Shown here piece after piece: positions 17,967 to 27,387 of a stretch of 64,000 nucleotides of DNA. The stretch comes from Patescibacteria group bacterium (GTDB lineage Bacteria; Patescibacteriota; Patescibacteriia; UBA9934; GWF2-40-263). The position numbers were made by a program, and so were the translations under genes. Positions within the stretch are counted from its first letter, which is position 1; the number at the start of each line of letters is the position of its first letter. The notes under the pieces were generated by a model that was not told the origin of the DNA, did not search any database, and worked only from the letters and a program-made list of their open reading frames with translations. The stretch lies in assembly GCA_041661745.1 (NCBI GenBank), contig JBAZTR010000003.1, positions 11,965 through 75,964 of the forward strand, given 5' to 3'.

Positions 17967-18356
17967 TCATTCTTCCCCGCCCGTGTCAACGGCTTCCAAA
18001 TGCTCAATTTCGAAGCTTCCATCCTTTTGGAGAAGCATAGCAATAATATCAAATCTGAATGGAGAATCGACGACTTTATTCTGTTCCATATAGATTTCAG
18101 CTGCCGCCAACATCTTACGCAATTTGGCTTGACCGACCGCGTCTTCCGGGTAACCGAAGTCCAAATTTTTTCTGGCCTTAACTTCGACAAAAATAAGTTC
18201 GTTGTCTTTTTCGCTAATTAAATCAATCTCGCCATGCGGTGTCCTGAACTGATGGGCTAAAATCCGGTAGCCCTTCCCTTCTAAATAACGCGCCGCGGCC
18301 ACCTCTGAAGCGTTACCAAAACGGCGCCGTTTATCCATCGAGCTCGGCTCGAACAT
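17967..18356 (-). CDS. yraN: UPF0102 family endonuclease YraN
   Basis: AAARYLEGKGYRILAHQFRTPHGEIDLISEKDNELIFVEVKAR matches the YraN family. Confidence 0.8.
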   Translation of the reverse strand: MFEPSSMDKRRRFGNASEVAAARYLEGKGYRILAHQFRTPHGEIDLISEKDNELIFVEVKARKNLDFGYPEDAVGQAKLRKMLAAAEIYMEQNKVVDSPFRFDIIAMLLQKDGSFEIEHLEAVDTGGEE

Positions 18357-18361
18357 AAAAA

Positions 18362-18778
18362 CTATTTTTTACGCGGCAGATATTTTTCTCTTTGACGACG
18401 TAACTCTTCATTTTTCTTTTCCTGCGGAGCAACATGAAAATATCCGTGCCAGATAAAAAACAACCAAACTAATAAACCAACCAACCAAAGCGGGTACCAA
18501 AAGCGCGCGCCAAAAAGGGTAATTTCTTCAAAACTAAAAAACAAAATTAATAAACCCAAACTCCCCATAATCAAACCAAGATGACTCAAGCTCTGCCAGG
18601 TTCGGCTTTTAATACGATCGAGTTGTTTTTTGGCATGGCTCTTAAAACGAAAAAATACTCCAAAAGCAAAGACGAATATAAAGAACGCCAATAAAATCTT
18701 TTCCGTTAAACCGGCTAAAGGGGCCGGCGCAAGAGTAAGCCAATATTTTGGCATGAGGAGAGTGGAGAAATCTAACAT
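18362..18778 (-). CDS. Hypothetical membrane protein
   Basis: 138 aa, 3-4 TM segments, basic C-terminus. Confidence 0.4.
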   Translation of the reverse strand: MLDFSTLLMPKYWLTLAPAPLAGLTEKILLAFFIFVFAFGVFFRFKSHAKKQLDRIKSRTWQSLSHLGLIMGSLGLLILFFSFEEITLFGARFWYPLWLVGLLVWLFFIWHGYFHVAPQEKKNEELRRQREKYLPRKK

Positions 18779-18786
18779 AATTTTAA

Positions 18787-19371
18787 TTATCTTATTTTTT
18801 CAAATAAAAAGCCGTAATGGTTCATTCCGGCTCTTAAAGTTTTTAACAAACGAAAACCGCTAGCTTCCAAGGTTTCTTTAATTTTATCCGGTTCAGCTGG
18901 GTGGGCCGACATCAAACTGCCTAGACGAGAATTTTTAAACCAATCGACAATAAGCAGCCGCCCGCCGTTTTTTAAGACGCGATTAACATTCCTAATTGGC
19001 GTACGGCTCTTAAAAAGTACACCAGTAATGTTTATAAGGGAAGCCAGGTCAGCCGAAGCTGCGGGAATTTTTTCCGTGCCGCGCTCGTGTTCCAAATCAC
19101 CCCAAATTGTTTCCAACGGTAAAATTTTTTCCGTTCTAGCCCGTTCGTTAATAGCCGTCAGCGCCCCGGGCAAAATATCAAAAGCATAAACCCGACCCTT
19201 TGTGCCAACCAAGCCAGCGGCCGGAAGAACAAAGTGACCAAGCGTTCCACAACCAAAATCAACATAGGTCTGCCCTTCGGACAAACCGGCCTCTTGTAGA
19301 ATTTTTGCCGCGTCCAATAAGGCACGGCCGGTATGAATGGTCATATTAACCTGCAACGAACAGACCGGCAA
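18787..19371 (-). CDS. Class I SAM-dependent methyltransferase
   Basis: VDFGCGTLGH (motif I) and RVYAFDILPGAL. Confidence 0.7.
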   Translation of the reverse strand: MPVCSLQVNMTIHTGRALLDAAKILQEAGLSEGQTYVDFGCGTLGHFVLPAAGLVGTKGRVYAFDILPGALTAINERARTEKILPLETIWGDLEHERGTEKIPAASADLASLINITGVLFKSRTPIRNVNRVLKNGGRLLIVDWFKNSRLGSLMSAHPAEPDKIKETLEASGFRLLKTLRAGMNHYGFLFEKIR

Positions 19372-19597
19372 AACTGTTTAAAATATCGGAAATTAAATTA
19401 GTTGCAATAGCCACACCAATAAAGCACACACCCGCGCCGATCAGTTTTAAAAAAGTATTCGTTCCGCCTGAGCCAAGTTTTTCTTCGGCAAATTCAATCA
19501 CTCCGGTCCACTCCTGATAAAGCAAGGTTTTCCAGACCATGTGAAAACCGACAGCCATGACTACCAGGCCCAAAACTAGACGCCAAAAGAGAGACAT
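19346..19597 (-). CDS. Small membrane protein (start placed at internal Met MSLFWRL; the longer ORF-track version would overlap tRNA-Leu)
   Basis: Two hydrophobic helices. Confidence 0.35.
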   Translation of the reverse strand: MSLFWRLVLGLVVMAVGFHMVWKTLLYQEWTGVIEFAEEKLGSGGTNTFLKLIGAGVCFIGVAIATNLISDILNSFAGLFVAG

Positions 19598-19620
19598 ATT
19601 GGTCTTTATTATAGCACAAA

Positions 19621-19651
19621 ACAAAAATAACCGAACAGATTCGGTTATTTT
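19621..19651 (-). terminator. Hairpin AACCGAAtctgTTCGGTT plus U-run, downstream of tRNA-Leu
   Basis: Seen directly in the sequence. Confidence 0.5.
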
Positions 19652-19737
19652 TGGTGCGGACGGAGGGATTTGAACCCTCAAGCTCTTGCGAGCACTAGCC
19701 CCTCAAACTAGCGCGTATACCGTTCCGCCACGTCCGC
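19652..19737 (-). tRNA. tRNA-Leu (anticodon GAG), encoded CCA, long variable arm
   Basis: Folded by hand: acceptor GCGGACG/CGTCCGC, T-arm GAGGG-TTCAAAT-CCCTC, anticodon loop TTGAGGG, variable hairpin GCTCGCAAGAGC. Confidence 0.85.
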
Positions 19738-19780
19738 GAATTGCGCCAGTACTATAGCCAAATTTCAAAAAAATGGCAAG

Positions 19781-19811
19781 ACTCGACAATTATCTTAAAA
19801 AAGATTAGAAT
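19781..19811 (+). promoter_or_regulatory. Candidate sigma70-type promoter for tRNA-Val (TCGACA, 18 nt, TAGAAT)
   Basis: Sits in the spacer between the divergent tRNA genes. Confidence 0.3.
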
Positions 19812-19824
19812 GTTGAGGAATTTT

Positions 19825-19901
19825 GGACGCTTAGCTCAGCTGGTTAGAGCGTCTCGTTTACACCGAGAAGGTCATAGGTTCAAATCCTATAGCGTCCACC
19901 A
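19825..19901 (+). tRNA. tRNA-Val (anticodon TAC), encoded CCA
   Basis: GGACGCT acceptor, D-arm AGCTCAGCTGGTTAGAGC, anticodon loop TTTACAC, T-loop TTCAAAT. Confidence 0.9.
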
Positions 19902-19907
19902 GAATAA

Positions 19908-19945
19908 AAAAAGAACGGCCTTGGCCGTGCTTTTTATTTTTTTTA
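19908..19945 (+). terminator. Intrinsic terminator ACGGCCTTGGCCGT GCTTTTTATTTTTTTT
   Basis: GC hairpin plus a long T-run. Confidence 0.6.
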
Positions 19946-20728
19946 AAAAGCTCGCTTTTTTCCCGTCACCACTTTAAGAGTTTCCGGCTCAACAGAAAAA
20001 TCAAAACGCGTTCCGTCGCTCGGGACACCGTCAATAAGAATTGTCACTGGCTCCTGCGTTTTAACATCAAAATTTTTAAGTGGTAAAACTGATTCGCCTC
20101 GTTCACCTTTCCAAAAACGCCAGCCGCCGCCCTTGGTGGCGATATTAATCACCACTTCCAACCGTCCATCAAACGGATTTGACACTGGCCCAGGTTCGCC
20201 TTCGTTTGGAATAAAAAGATTGCGCACACCAATAGTGCCCCGACCTTGTGGCGTAACCTTATAATTGTTTTCACAATTTATTTCCGCTTTGGCCGCCGGA
20301 ATACTGACCTCGCAAATAAAACGTTTGTTGTTTACCACGCCGGTGTCGATGGTTTCAACAATTCGGGCTGACAATACGTCGCATGCTCCTTCACCCTCTG
20401 GTACGCCGAACATATTGGCAATGCGGTTATCCGGCCCAAAAGGAATAATTCCTAAAACCACCTTCGCTTCCACCGCAACATCTATGACTTGGCGCACCGT
20501 GGCATCGTTACCTACAGCCACTACAGTCGTCGCTCCGCCGCGTTTTACTTCATCACGAATAAACTCGTCAGCACGCCTAAAAAGACCTAGCCGAACAATC
20601 TTTCCGGCTATTCCCAAGTCCGTTAAGCGATTTTCCACCTTCTGCAATTCTTTTTCGTATTTTTTATCTTGCACGAAGGCGTCATAGATATATAAATACA
20701 CAAAACGAGAATCAAGCGGCCGCCTCAC
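19943..20728 (-). CDS. Lipid kinase of the diacylglycerol-kinase catalytic-domain family (YegS/BmrU-like)
   Basis: TVVAVGNDATV and IIPFGPDNRIANMFG resemble DAGK_cat motifs. Confidence 0.5.
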   Translation of the reverse strand: MRRPLDSRFVYLYIYDAFVQDKKYEKELQKVENRLTDLGIAGKIVRLGLFRRADEFIRDEVKRGGATTVVAVGNDATVRQVIDVAVEAKVVLGIIPFGPDNRIANMFGVPEGEGACDVLSARIVETIDTGVVNNKRFICEVSIPAAKAEINCENNYKVTPQGRGTIGVRNLFIPNEGEPGPVSNPFDGRLEVVINIATKGGGWRFWKGERGESVLPLKNFDVKTQEPVTILIDGVPSDGTRFDFSVEPETLKVVTGKKRAF

Positions 20729-21077
20729 CGTTTTTTCCGTTCATTGTTACCCGGCCGTTTATTTTAGCGCCCGGAGCCACGGAAAAGACAGCAACCGTTA
20801 CATCACCATCCAAACGAGAATTCTCCAAAAGATCGAGTTTTCCGGAAACAATAAAGTTACCGGAAATCTCCCCGGCCACCACAGCCGAGCCAGCCGAAAC
20901 ATCGGCTTTAATTTTTGCGTCAGGACCGACTTCAAGATGTCCCGCCGCCTTAACCGATCCGATTACTTCCCCCTCGATCGTCACATTGCCATCACTGACA
21001 AAATCACCCTCAACTTTCACCCCACGGGCGATTATTGTCATTGCTCCTTCTCTTCCTCCCTCATCGCGATTAAACAT
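20712..21077 (-). CDS. Bactofilin-family cytoskeletal protein
   Basis: Repetitive beta-helix pattern (VKVEGDFVSDGNVTIEGEVIGSVKAAGHLEVGPDAKIKADVSAG...). Confidence 0.7.
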   Translation of the reverse strand: MFNRDEGGREGAMTIIARGVKVEGDFVSDGNVTIEGEVIGSVKAAGHLEVGPDAKIKADVSAGSAVVAGEISGNFIVSGKLDLLENSRLDGDVTVAVFSVAPGAKINGRVTMNGKNGEAAA

Positions 21078-21112
21078 ATTTCTTTTGGTTATCGATTAGT
21101 ACTTTAATTAAT

Positions 21113-22822
21113 TCACATTTCCTCAATTGTTTCAATCCCCATCATCGACAGGCCGTTTTTTAAGACCGTGCCTACTGCCTCGACCAAACCAAGCCGAGCG
21201 GCCGCGGTTTCCTTATCTTCGGCCTGAGTGACCGGAACATCATGATAAAAAGTGGCAAAGGTTTTCGCCAAGTCAAACAAATATTCAGCCAAACGGTCTA
21301 GTTTAAAGTCTTGGGCAGTCGCTGAAACGGTTTCCGGATATTTTGCCAATTTTACAAGCAGCTGATTTTCGATCGGCAGAACCAATCTTTTGGTTTCAAT
21401 CTTCGCTGTTAATCGACCGGCCTTCTTTATAATCGAACGAGATCGGGCATAGGTGTAAAGAAGATACGGACCGGTATAACCATCAAATGATAAGGCCTCG
21501 GCCATGTCGAAAATTATTTTTTTATTCGGATCTTGACGCAACATGCCAAAGCGCATGGCCGCAAAGGCAATGGCCCGAGCCACTTCCTCAATTTTTTTAT
21601 CTTTCCATTCAGAGTGTCGTTTTTTTGTTTCCTTTCGTGCCGAGTCAATCATGATGTCACGAAAAGTTTCGTAACGAATAATATTTCCCTTTCGCGATGA
21701 CATGACCCCTTCCTTAAGCGTGACAAAATCGTAGGACAGGTGAACCAACTCGCGTTTGAAACCCATTCGCTTTAAGGTGGCAAACAGTTGTTTCATGGCC
21801 AGGGACTGACGGGTATCAATCACGTAAACACTCTTTTCCGGATGATATTCTTCCTCCTTGCGAAAGGCGAGGGGAATATCTTTAGCGTTGTACAAAAGCA
21901 TGCCGTCGGATTTAACCAACAGATTGGCCCCCAAACCCTCTTCAGACAAATCAACAATCAAAGCTCCCTGACTTTTAACGGCTATTCCCTTCTTTTCCAA
22001 ATCAGCAATAATTTTTCTGGCCGGTCTAATTAATTCTGATTCGAAATACCAAACTTTAATTGGCAGACCAAGTTCGGAAAAAACTTTCTTTAAATCATTA
22101 ACCGACCATTTCCTGGTTTTTTTCCATAAGGCCACTGATTCACCTTTCCCGGCTTCGAGCTCGTGAAAAATTTTGGAAATTTCTTCCTTAACTTTAGGAT
22201 TTTTTTCTTCGGCCTTGGTGGCTTCAGTGTAGACCTTGCCCAAAAACGAGGTAGCATCTTCTTCTTTTAAATCATAATCACCGTAAAACTTTTTTAGACC
22301 CCAAACACATTTGGCCACATGTGTCCCCAAATCATTAATGTAAGAAGCTGGAATAACTTCATGACCAACGGCCTGTAAAAGATTTATTGCAGTCTGCCCG
22401 ACAAAAAAGTTTCGTAGATGCCCGACATGAACTTCTTTGTGCGTGTTGGGATTGGCATATTCAACCATGACTCGAGTATTCCGGCCGTCTTTGGCAAAGC
22501 CGTATTTTTCGCCTTCACTTTTAATGTCTTCCAAAACCGCCTTGCCAAAAGTTTCGCTCTTTAAAAAGAAATTGACATACGGTCCCTTGGCCTCAGCTTT
22601 TTTGATCCAGCCCTTAGGTTCAACTTTGGCCGCCAATTCCCGAGCAATATCGGCCGGGTTCTTTTTCAGTCCCTTAGCCAAGGTAAAACACGGGTAAGCA
22701 AAATCACCCAAAGCCGTATCCGGCGGGCTTTCCAAATCGTTAGTTATCGGCGAGTACTCTTTACCAAGAGCCGTTTTTAACGATTTAATTATTTCTTGTT
22801 TAGCTTTTGATAACGCGGACAT
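21113..22822 (-). CDS. argS: Arginine--tRNA ligase
   Basis: HVGHLRN (HIGH), MSSRKG (KMSKS-like), N-terminal Arg-tRNA-binding domain. Confidence 0.9.
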   Translation of the reverse strand: MSALSKAKQEIIKSLKTALGKEYSPITNDLESPPDTALGDFAYPCFTLAKGLKKNPADIARELAAKVEPKGWIKKAEAKGPYVNFFLKSETFGKAVLEDIKSEGEKYGFAKDGRNTRVMVEYANPNTHKEVHVGHLRNFFVGQTAINLLQAVGHEVIPASYINDLGTHVAKCVWGLKKFYGDYDLKEEDATSFLGKVYTEATKAEEKNPKVKEEISKIFHELEAGKGESVALWKKTRKWSVNDLKKVFSELGLPIKVWYFESELIRPARKIIADLEKKGIAVKSQGALIVDLSEEGLGANLLVKSDGMLLYNAKDIPLAFRKEEEYHPEKSVYVIDTRQSLAMKQLFATLKRMGFKRELVHLSYDFVTLKEGVMSSRKGNIIRYETFRDIMIDSARKETKKRHSEWKDKKIEEVARAIAFAAMRFGMLRQDPNKKIIFDMAEALSFDGYTGPYLLYTYARSRSIIKKAGRLTAKIETKRLVLPIENQLLVKLAKYPETVSATAQDFKLDRLAEYLFDLAKTFATFYHDVPVTQAEDKETAAARLGLVEAVGTVLKNGLSMMGIETIEEM

Positions 22823-22830
22823 ATTTACGA

Positions 22831-22880
22831 AGGGGTCTTGAAGGGTTAAGAAGGGTTTGGAGGGGCTTTAAAGGGATTGG
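22831..22880. repeat. Five tandem 10-bp units (AGGGGTCTTG AAGGGTTAAG AAGGGTTTGG AGGGGCTTTA AAGGGATTGG) filling the tyrS-argS spacer (argS 5' leader)
   Basis: Seen directly in the sequence. On the mRNA strand the units read as pyrimidine-rich YNNRNCCCYU. Confidence 0.8.
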
Positions 22881-22883
22881 AAA

Positions 22884-24074
22884 TTATCGAACTACTCTAA
22901 CAAATCCACGCTTGCCTTTTTGTACCACGATTCCTTTCGGCACGACAAAGTCATAAGATTTAACGACTTCCCCATCAACCTTAACCCCGCCACCATCAAT
23001 TAAACGGCGAGCCTCGCCTTTGGAAGCAGCTAACTTGGTTTCCACAAGGACATCGATAACATTCATTGAACCAGAAATTTTAACTTCCGAAATTTCCTCG
23101 GGGATTTCTTTGTCGCGGAACATTTTATCGAAATTGGCTTGTGCCTCGGTTGCAGCTTTTTCAGAATGAAAAATTTTGACCACTTCAAAAGCCAAACGAG
23201 CTTTTTGATCGCGCGGATTGGCCATTTCTTTTTTTAATGCGGTAATTTCTTCCGAAGCTACGTCGGTAATTAACTCGAAACCTCCGTCGATCATTTCATC
23301 TGGCCAACTCATGATTTTGCCAAACATTTCATCAGCTGAATCCATGAGGGTAATCATGTTGCCTTCGCTCTTCCCCATCTTCTTACCAGTCGGATCGGTC
23401 AGAAGTTTCATAGTCATGACAAACTTTTCTTTTTTCTTCAAAATCTTCATCAAATCCCGCCCGGCCAACATGTTGAAAGTCTGATCGTTCCCGCCGATTT
23501 CACCATCGACATCCATTGCCACAGAATCGTAAGCTTGCATTAAAGGATACAAAAATTCATGAAGATGAATCGGTTTGCCTTCGGACATGCGTTTTTGAAA
23601 CATGTCGCGCTCAAGCATTTGTTGAACTGTAAAGTTGGAGGCCAATCCGACCACATCAACAAAGGACATTTTGGCCAACCATTTGCTATTAAACTTAATA
23701 ATGGCCGAATTTTTTCCAGAAAAAGAAATAAATTTCGAAGCTTGTTTTTTGTACAACTTACAATTAGCCAAAACTTGTTTTCTGGTAAGCATTTGGCGCG
23801 TGGCCGACTTGTCGGTAGGGTCGCCGATCGTGCCGGTAAAATCACCAATAAGAAGAACGACTTTGTGGCCAAGCTCTTGAAACAACTTAAGCTTGCGCAA
23901 GTTAATGGCGTGTCCCAAGTGAAGGGTTGGGCCGGTCGGATCGATACCAAGATATAAAGTCAGCGGCTCTTTACCCATTAATTTGGCACGGAGAAAATCG
24001 GCTGTGGGATAAACATTTTCCACGCCGCGAGTTAGAAGCTGATTTATTTTATTTTGGTCATGGATAGGTTTCAT
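22884..24074 (-). CDS. tyrS: Tyrosine--tRNA ligase
   Basis: LYLGIDPTGPTLHLGHA (HIGH), KMGKS, C-terminal S4 domain. Confidence 0.9.
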   Translation of the reverse strand: MKPIHDQNKINQLLTRGVENVYPTADFLRAKLMGKEPLTLYLGIDPTGPTLHLGHAINLRKLKLFQELGHKVVLLIGDFTGTIGDPTDKSATRQMLTRKQVLANCKLYKKQASKFISFSGKNSAIIKFNSKWLAKMSFVDVVGLASNFTVQQMLERDMFQKRMSEGKPIHLHEFLYPLMQAYDSVAMDVDGEIGGNDQTFNMLAGRDLMKILKKKEKFVMTMKLLTDPTGKKMGKSEGNMITLMDSADEMFGKIMSWPDEMIDGGFELITDVASEEITALKKEMANPRDQKARLAFEVVKIFHSEKAATEAQANFDKMFRDKEIPEEISEVKISGSMNVIDVLVETKLAASKGEARRLIDGGGVKVDGEVVKSYDFVVPKGIVVQKGKRGFVRVVR

Positions 24075-26722
24075 AGAGTGGAAATTTGTTGGTTCAAGGC
24101 TTCGGCTTTTTTGGCCGCCTCGTCCCGTTTTTGTTTCATGTCCTCGACTACTTTAGCCGGGGCTTTGGAAATAAATTCCTGGTTGGCAAGTTTGCCATCG
24201 AGACTGACAATATATTTTTTGGCTTCTTCAAGTTCAACAGACAAACGTTCGCGCTCTTTACCGGCGTCAATTTGACGATCAACTTTAAATTGATAATCAA
24301 ACGAGCCGTCTTTATTTTCCTCAATCACGAGATTTTCCACGCGCGACAAAGTTTTGATAATTTCAAGATTAATTTCGTCTTTAAAAATTTCAAAATATTC
24401 GCCAACAATAAGGGTCACATTAATTTTTTCTTTTGGTTCAACCTTGTTCTCGGCACGCCAGTTACGAAGTTTCTCGATTATTTCTCTCAAGCGTTCAAAT
24501 TCGGTATTGTTTTGTTTTGAAACCTTTACCTCCGGCCAATCATGAACAATCAACATTTTATCTGAGCCAAAATTGCTCCAAAGCTCTTCGGTCACAAACG
24601 GCATGAATGGATGCCACAAAACCAAAACTTGTTCCAAAACGTAAAGAAGAATCTCGTCGGTATTTTTCTCGAGTTTGGAATCCTTTCGTTGAATCTTGGC
24701 GATTTCCAAATACCAATCAGCCAATTCGCTCCAAGTAAAATCACGAAGAACTTCACCAGCTTGCGAGAACTCATATTTTTCCAAGTGATTGGTAACTTTT
24801 TCCGTCACCTCGGACAAACGACCAAGAATCCAATTATCGGCTAGTGTCATTGGGTTCGCCCTCTCCCTGAGGGAGAGGGTTGGGGTGAGGGATGTGGTTG
24901 TCAAAACAAAACGTGAAATGTTCCACAACTTATTTGTAAAGTTACGGAAGCCGGCAATCTTCTCTTCGTACATTTTGAAGTCATTGCCCGGACTGGTACC
25001 AATAACCATCGAAAGTCGCACTGCGTCAGCTCCGTACTTTTCAACCATCTCAATGGGGTCAATAGCATTGCCGGCTGACTTTGACATCTTCTTCCCGGCT
25101 TCGTCGCGAACAAGGCCGTGCAAATAAACATTTTTAAACGGTACTTCGCCAAGAGTGTAAGTGGTCATGAGAATCATGCGGGCGACCCAAAAGAAAATAA
25201 TGTCATAACCGGTCTCGAGGACAGTGGTCGGATGATACATTTCAAAATCTTCGGTCTTGTTCGGCCAACCGAGAGTGGAGAAAGTCCATAGGCCAGAAGA
25301 AAACCAAGTGTCGAGAGTATCCTCGTCGCGTTTCCAATCGTCACCAGGCGCTTCTGAACCAATATTAATTTCGTCGCCGCGATACCAAACCGGCACTTGA
25401 TGCCCAAACCAAATCTGACGACTAATATTCCAATCACGCAAGTTATCAATCCAATGAAAATACGTGCCGACGAATTGTTCGGGAATAATTTTTATCTGAT
25501 TAGAACACACCACGTGCTGCATTAGCTCTTTCAAAGTAATTTCCTGATCATCTTTCAAACCTTCGATCGGCGCGTGTTTCGAAGCGTGGAACTTGAACGG
25601 TTTATTTACACCAATAAACCATTGAAGTTTAGGTAACGGTTCAACCGCTGCACCACAACGATAACAAACCGAAAGATTTTGCGGCGTTTCTTCTTCTTTT
25701 TCAATCAACCCCTCGTTTCGCAGTTGCTCAATAATTTTTTCTCGGGCTTCAAGGACCGACAAACCAGCAAAAGCTCCGGCTTCGGCAGTCATAACGCCGT
25801 CTTCCCCGATCACAGTTATAACTGGCAAATTATTTTTCTGTGCCATCTCGGCGTCGATTTGACTGTGAGCCGGGGTAACCCCAAGCGCGCCGGTTCCGAA
25901 AGCCGGATCAACAGCTGAATCGGCAATAACTTTTATGGAAAGTTTTTGACCAACAAAATTCGCTTCAAGTGTTTGCCCGATAAATTTCTGGTAATGTTCA
26001 TCATCAGGATGAACAGCCACGGCCGTATCACCAAGTTTAGTTTCCGGACGTGTTGTAGAAATGGAGATTGGAAAATTTTTGTCGTATTTAAAAGTATAAA
26101 ACTTGGCAGTTGTTTCCTTGTGTTCCACTTCATCATCAGCCAAAGTTGATTTGCAACGCGGGCACCAGTTGATAACGCGGTGACCACGGTAAATCAAACC
26201 ATCGTCATACATCATTTTAAAAACTGTGTTGACAGCTTTGTTTCGGTCTTCGTCCAAAGTGTAACACTCACGCGACCAGTCGAGCGAAGCCCCCATTTTT
26301 TTAATTTGATGAACAATGGTGTCGTGCGAGGCCGCGGCAAACTTTTTTACTTCTTCAAGAAAAGCTTCACGCCCAAGTTCGCGGCGCGGATCTTTCATGC
26401 CTTTTTTAATAAGTTCTTTTTCAACCTTGGTTTGAGTGGCAATAGCCGCATGATCAGTGCCAGGAATCCAAAGAGCCCGTTTTCCCTGCATGCGAGCAAA
26501 ACGAGTCATGGTGTCCTCTAGGGCCAACATTGAAGCGTGACCCAGGTGAAGAATACCGGTGACATTAGGCGGTGGCAGAACCATGGAAAAAGTTTCTTTG
26601 CGCTTTTCAAGATCAGGCAGGTTTTCCGGACGAAAAAAACCGCTCTTTTCCCAAGCGGCATAAATATTGTCCTCATGATTTTGCGGCTCGTAAGCCTTGG
26701 GGAGGTCTGGTTGATTGGGCAT
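24071..26722 (-). CDS. valS: Valine--tRNA ligase
   Basis: PPNVTGILHLGHA, KMSKSAGN, editing domain, C-terminal coiled coil. 4-nt overlap with tyrS. Confidence 0.95.
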   Translation of the reverse strand: MPNQPDLPKAYEPQNHEDNIYAAWEKSGFFRPENLPDLEKRKETFSMVLPPPNVTGILHLGHASMLALEDTMTRFARMQGKRALWIPGTDHAAIATQTKVEKELIKKGMKDPRRELGREAFLEEVKKFAAASHDTIVHQIKKMGASLDWSRECYTLDEDRNKAVNTVFKMMYDDGLIYRGHRVINWCPRCKSTLADDEVEHKETTAKFYTFKYDKNFPISISTTRPETKLGDTAVAVHPDDEHYQKFIGQTLEANFVGQKLSIKVIADSAVDPAFGTGALGVTPAHSQIDAEMAQKNNLPVITVIGEDGVMTAEAGAFAGLSVLEAREKIIEQLRNEGLIEKEEETPQNLSVCYRCGAAVEPLPKLQWFIGVNKPFKFHASKHAPIEGLKDDQEITLKELMQHVVCSNQIKIIPEQFVGTYFHWIDNLRDWNISRQIWFGHQVPVWYRGDEINIGSEAPGDDWKRDEDTLDTWFSSGLWTFSTLGWPNKTEDFEMYHPTTVLETGYDIIFFWVARMILMTTYTLGEVPFKNVYLHGLVRDEAGKKMSKSAGNAIDPIEMVEKYGADAVRLSMVIGTSPGNDFKMYEEKIAGFRNFTNKLWNISRFVLTTTSLTPTLSLRERANPMTLADNWILGRLSEVTEKVTNHLEKYEFSQAGEVLRDFTWSELADWYLEIAKIQRKDSKLEKNTDEILLYVLEQVLVLWHPFMPFVTEELWSNFGSDKMLIVHDWPEVKVSKQNNTEFERLREIIEKLRNWRAENKVEPKEKINVTLIVGEYFEIFKDEINLEIIKTLSRVENLVIEENKDGSFDYQFKVDRQIDAGKERERLSVELEEAKKYIVSLDGKLANQEFISKAPAKVVEDMKQKRDEAAKKAEALNQQISTL
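24849..24883. repeat. GC-rich palindromic mini-element inside valS (CCCTCTCCC tga GGGAGAGGG TTGGGGTGAGGGA), same family as 6367-6401 but in opposite orientation
   Basis: Encodes SLTPTLSLRERA in-frame within a variable linker. Confidence 0.75.
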
Positions 26723-26851
26723 AACAGTATTAGAAGTATACGAAAAAATGGCCTTTTTCGCAATACTGAATTTTACACTTCCCTTTTGTCTAACTTACTG
26801 CTAAATTACCGGAGCGAAAAAACTCCAACTCCGACTGGGAGGCAAACTCCG

Positions 26852-27178
26852 ATGGACGATCCTTTCCGAACCTTTTGCATTTGCTGGTTGGTACCTCATG
26901 TTCTCCACTCCAGCGAGCAGATCTGCCCCCACCGTGCCCTCCTGGCCAAGGTCCTCGACCGCACCGGGTCGGCCGTGTGCATGCCCTGGCAGCTCGCTCT
27001 GACGCCCGAGGCTTACCTGGAGCGCCTGGGCTTCGACAAGGCCGAACTCGAGGAGTGCAACGCCTTCCTCGGCCAGTTCGGTCTGCACCTCGGCATGAAC
27101 GCCGACGACCTGCCGGAGGGCGACTTCCCGTGGTGCAACGAGATCTTCACCCTTCCCGACTTGGCTGCGGCCGCCTAG
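26852..27178 (+). CDS. Hypothetical small protein encoded in high-GC island 2
   Basis: GGGAGG 9 nt before ATG 26852. 108 aa (MDDPFRTFCICWLVPHV...). GC3-rich. Followed by a GC hairpin plus T-run. Confidence 0.45.
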   Translation: MDDPFRTFCICWLVPHVLHSSEQICPHRALLAKVLDRTGSAVCMPWQLALTPEAYLERLGFDKAELEECNAFLGQFGLHLGMNADDLPEGDFPWCNEIFTLPDLAAAA

Positions 27179-27204
27179 TCTCCAAGACCCTGAGGCCAGT
27201 CGAA

Positions 27205-27240
27205 GGGCTCTGCCCCGAGCAATCGTCTCCGGGGCTTTTT
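27205..27240 (+). terminator. Intrinsic terminator (GCCCCGAG..CTCCGGGGCTTTTT)
   Basis: Hairpin plus T-run after the island-2 ORF. Confidence 0.45.
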
Positions 27241-27387
27241 AATACCAACCCCTGACAAAAACCTTAACGCCCTATAATGCCCGAACGCCGCCTAGCCAAC
27301 CACTTCCCTTGACCTTATCCGCCTGGGCGGGTAATATAACTCCTTAACCATTCCTTCCCCATGCTTAAGGGTTAATACAAAAACTAG

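Noticed and set aside
26875-27255. Plus-strand ORF 26875-27255 (126 aa, Arg/Pro/Gly-rich) and minus ORF 26801-27088 in island 2
   Set aside because: Alternate frames of GC-rich DNA. The SD-preceded frame starting at 26852 is preferred.
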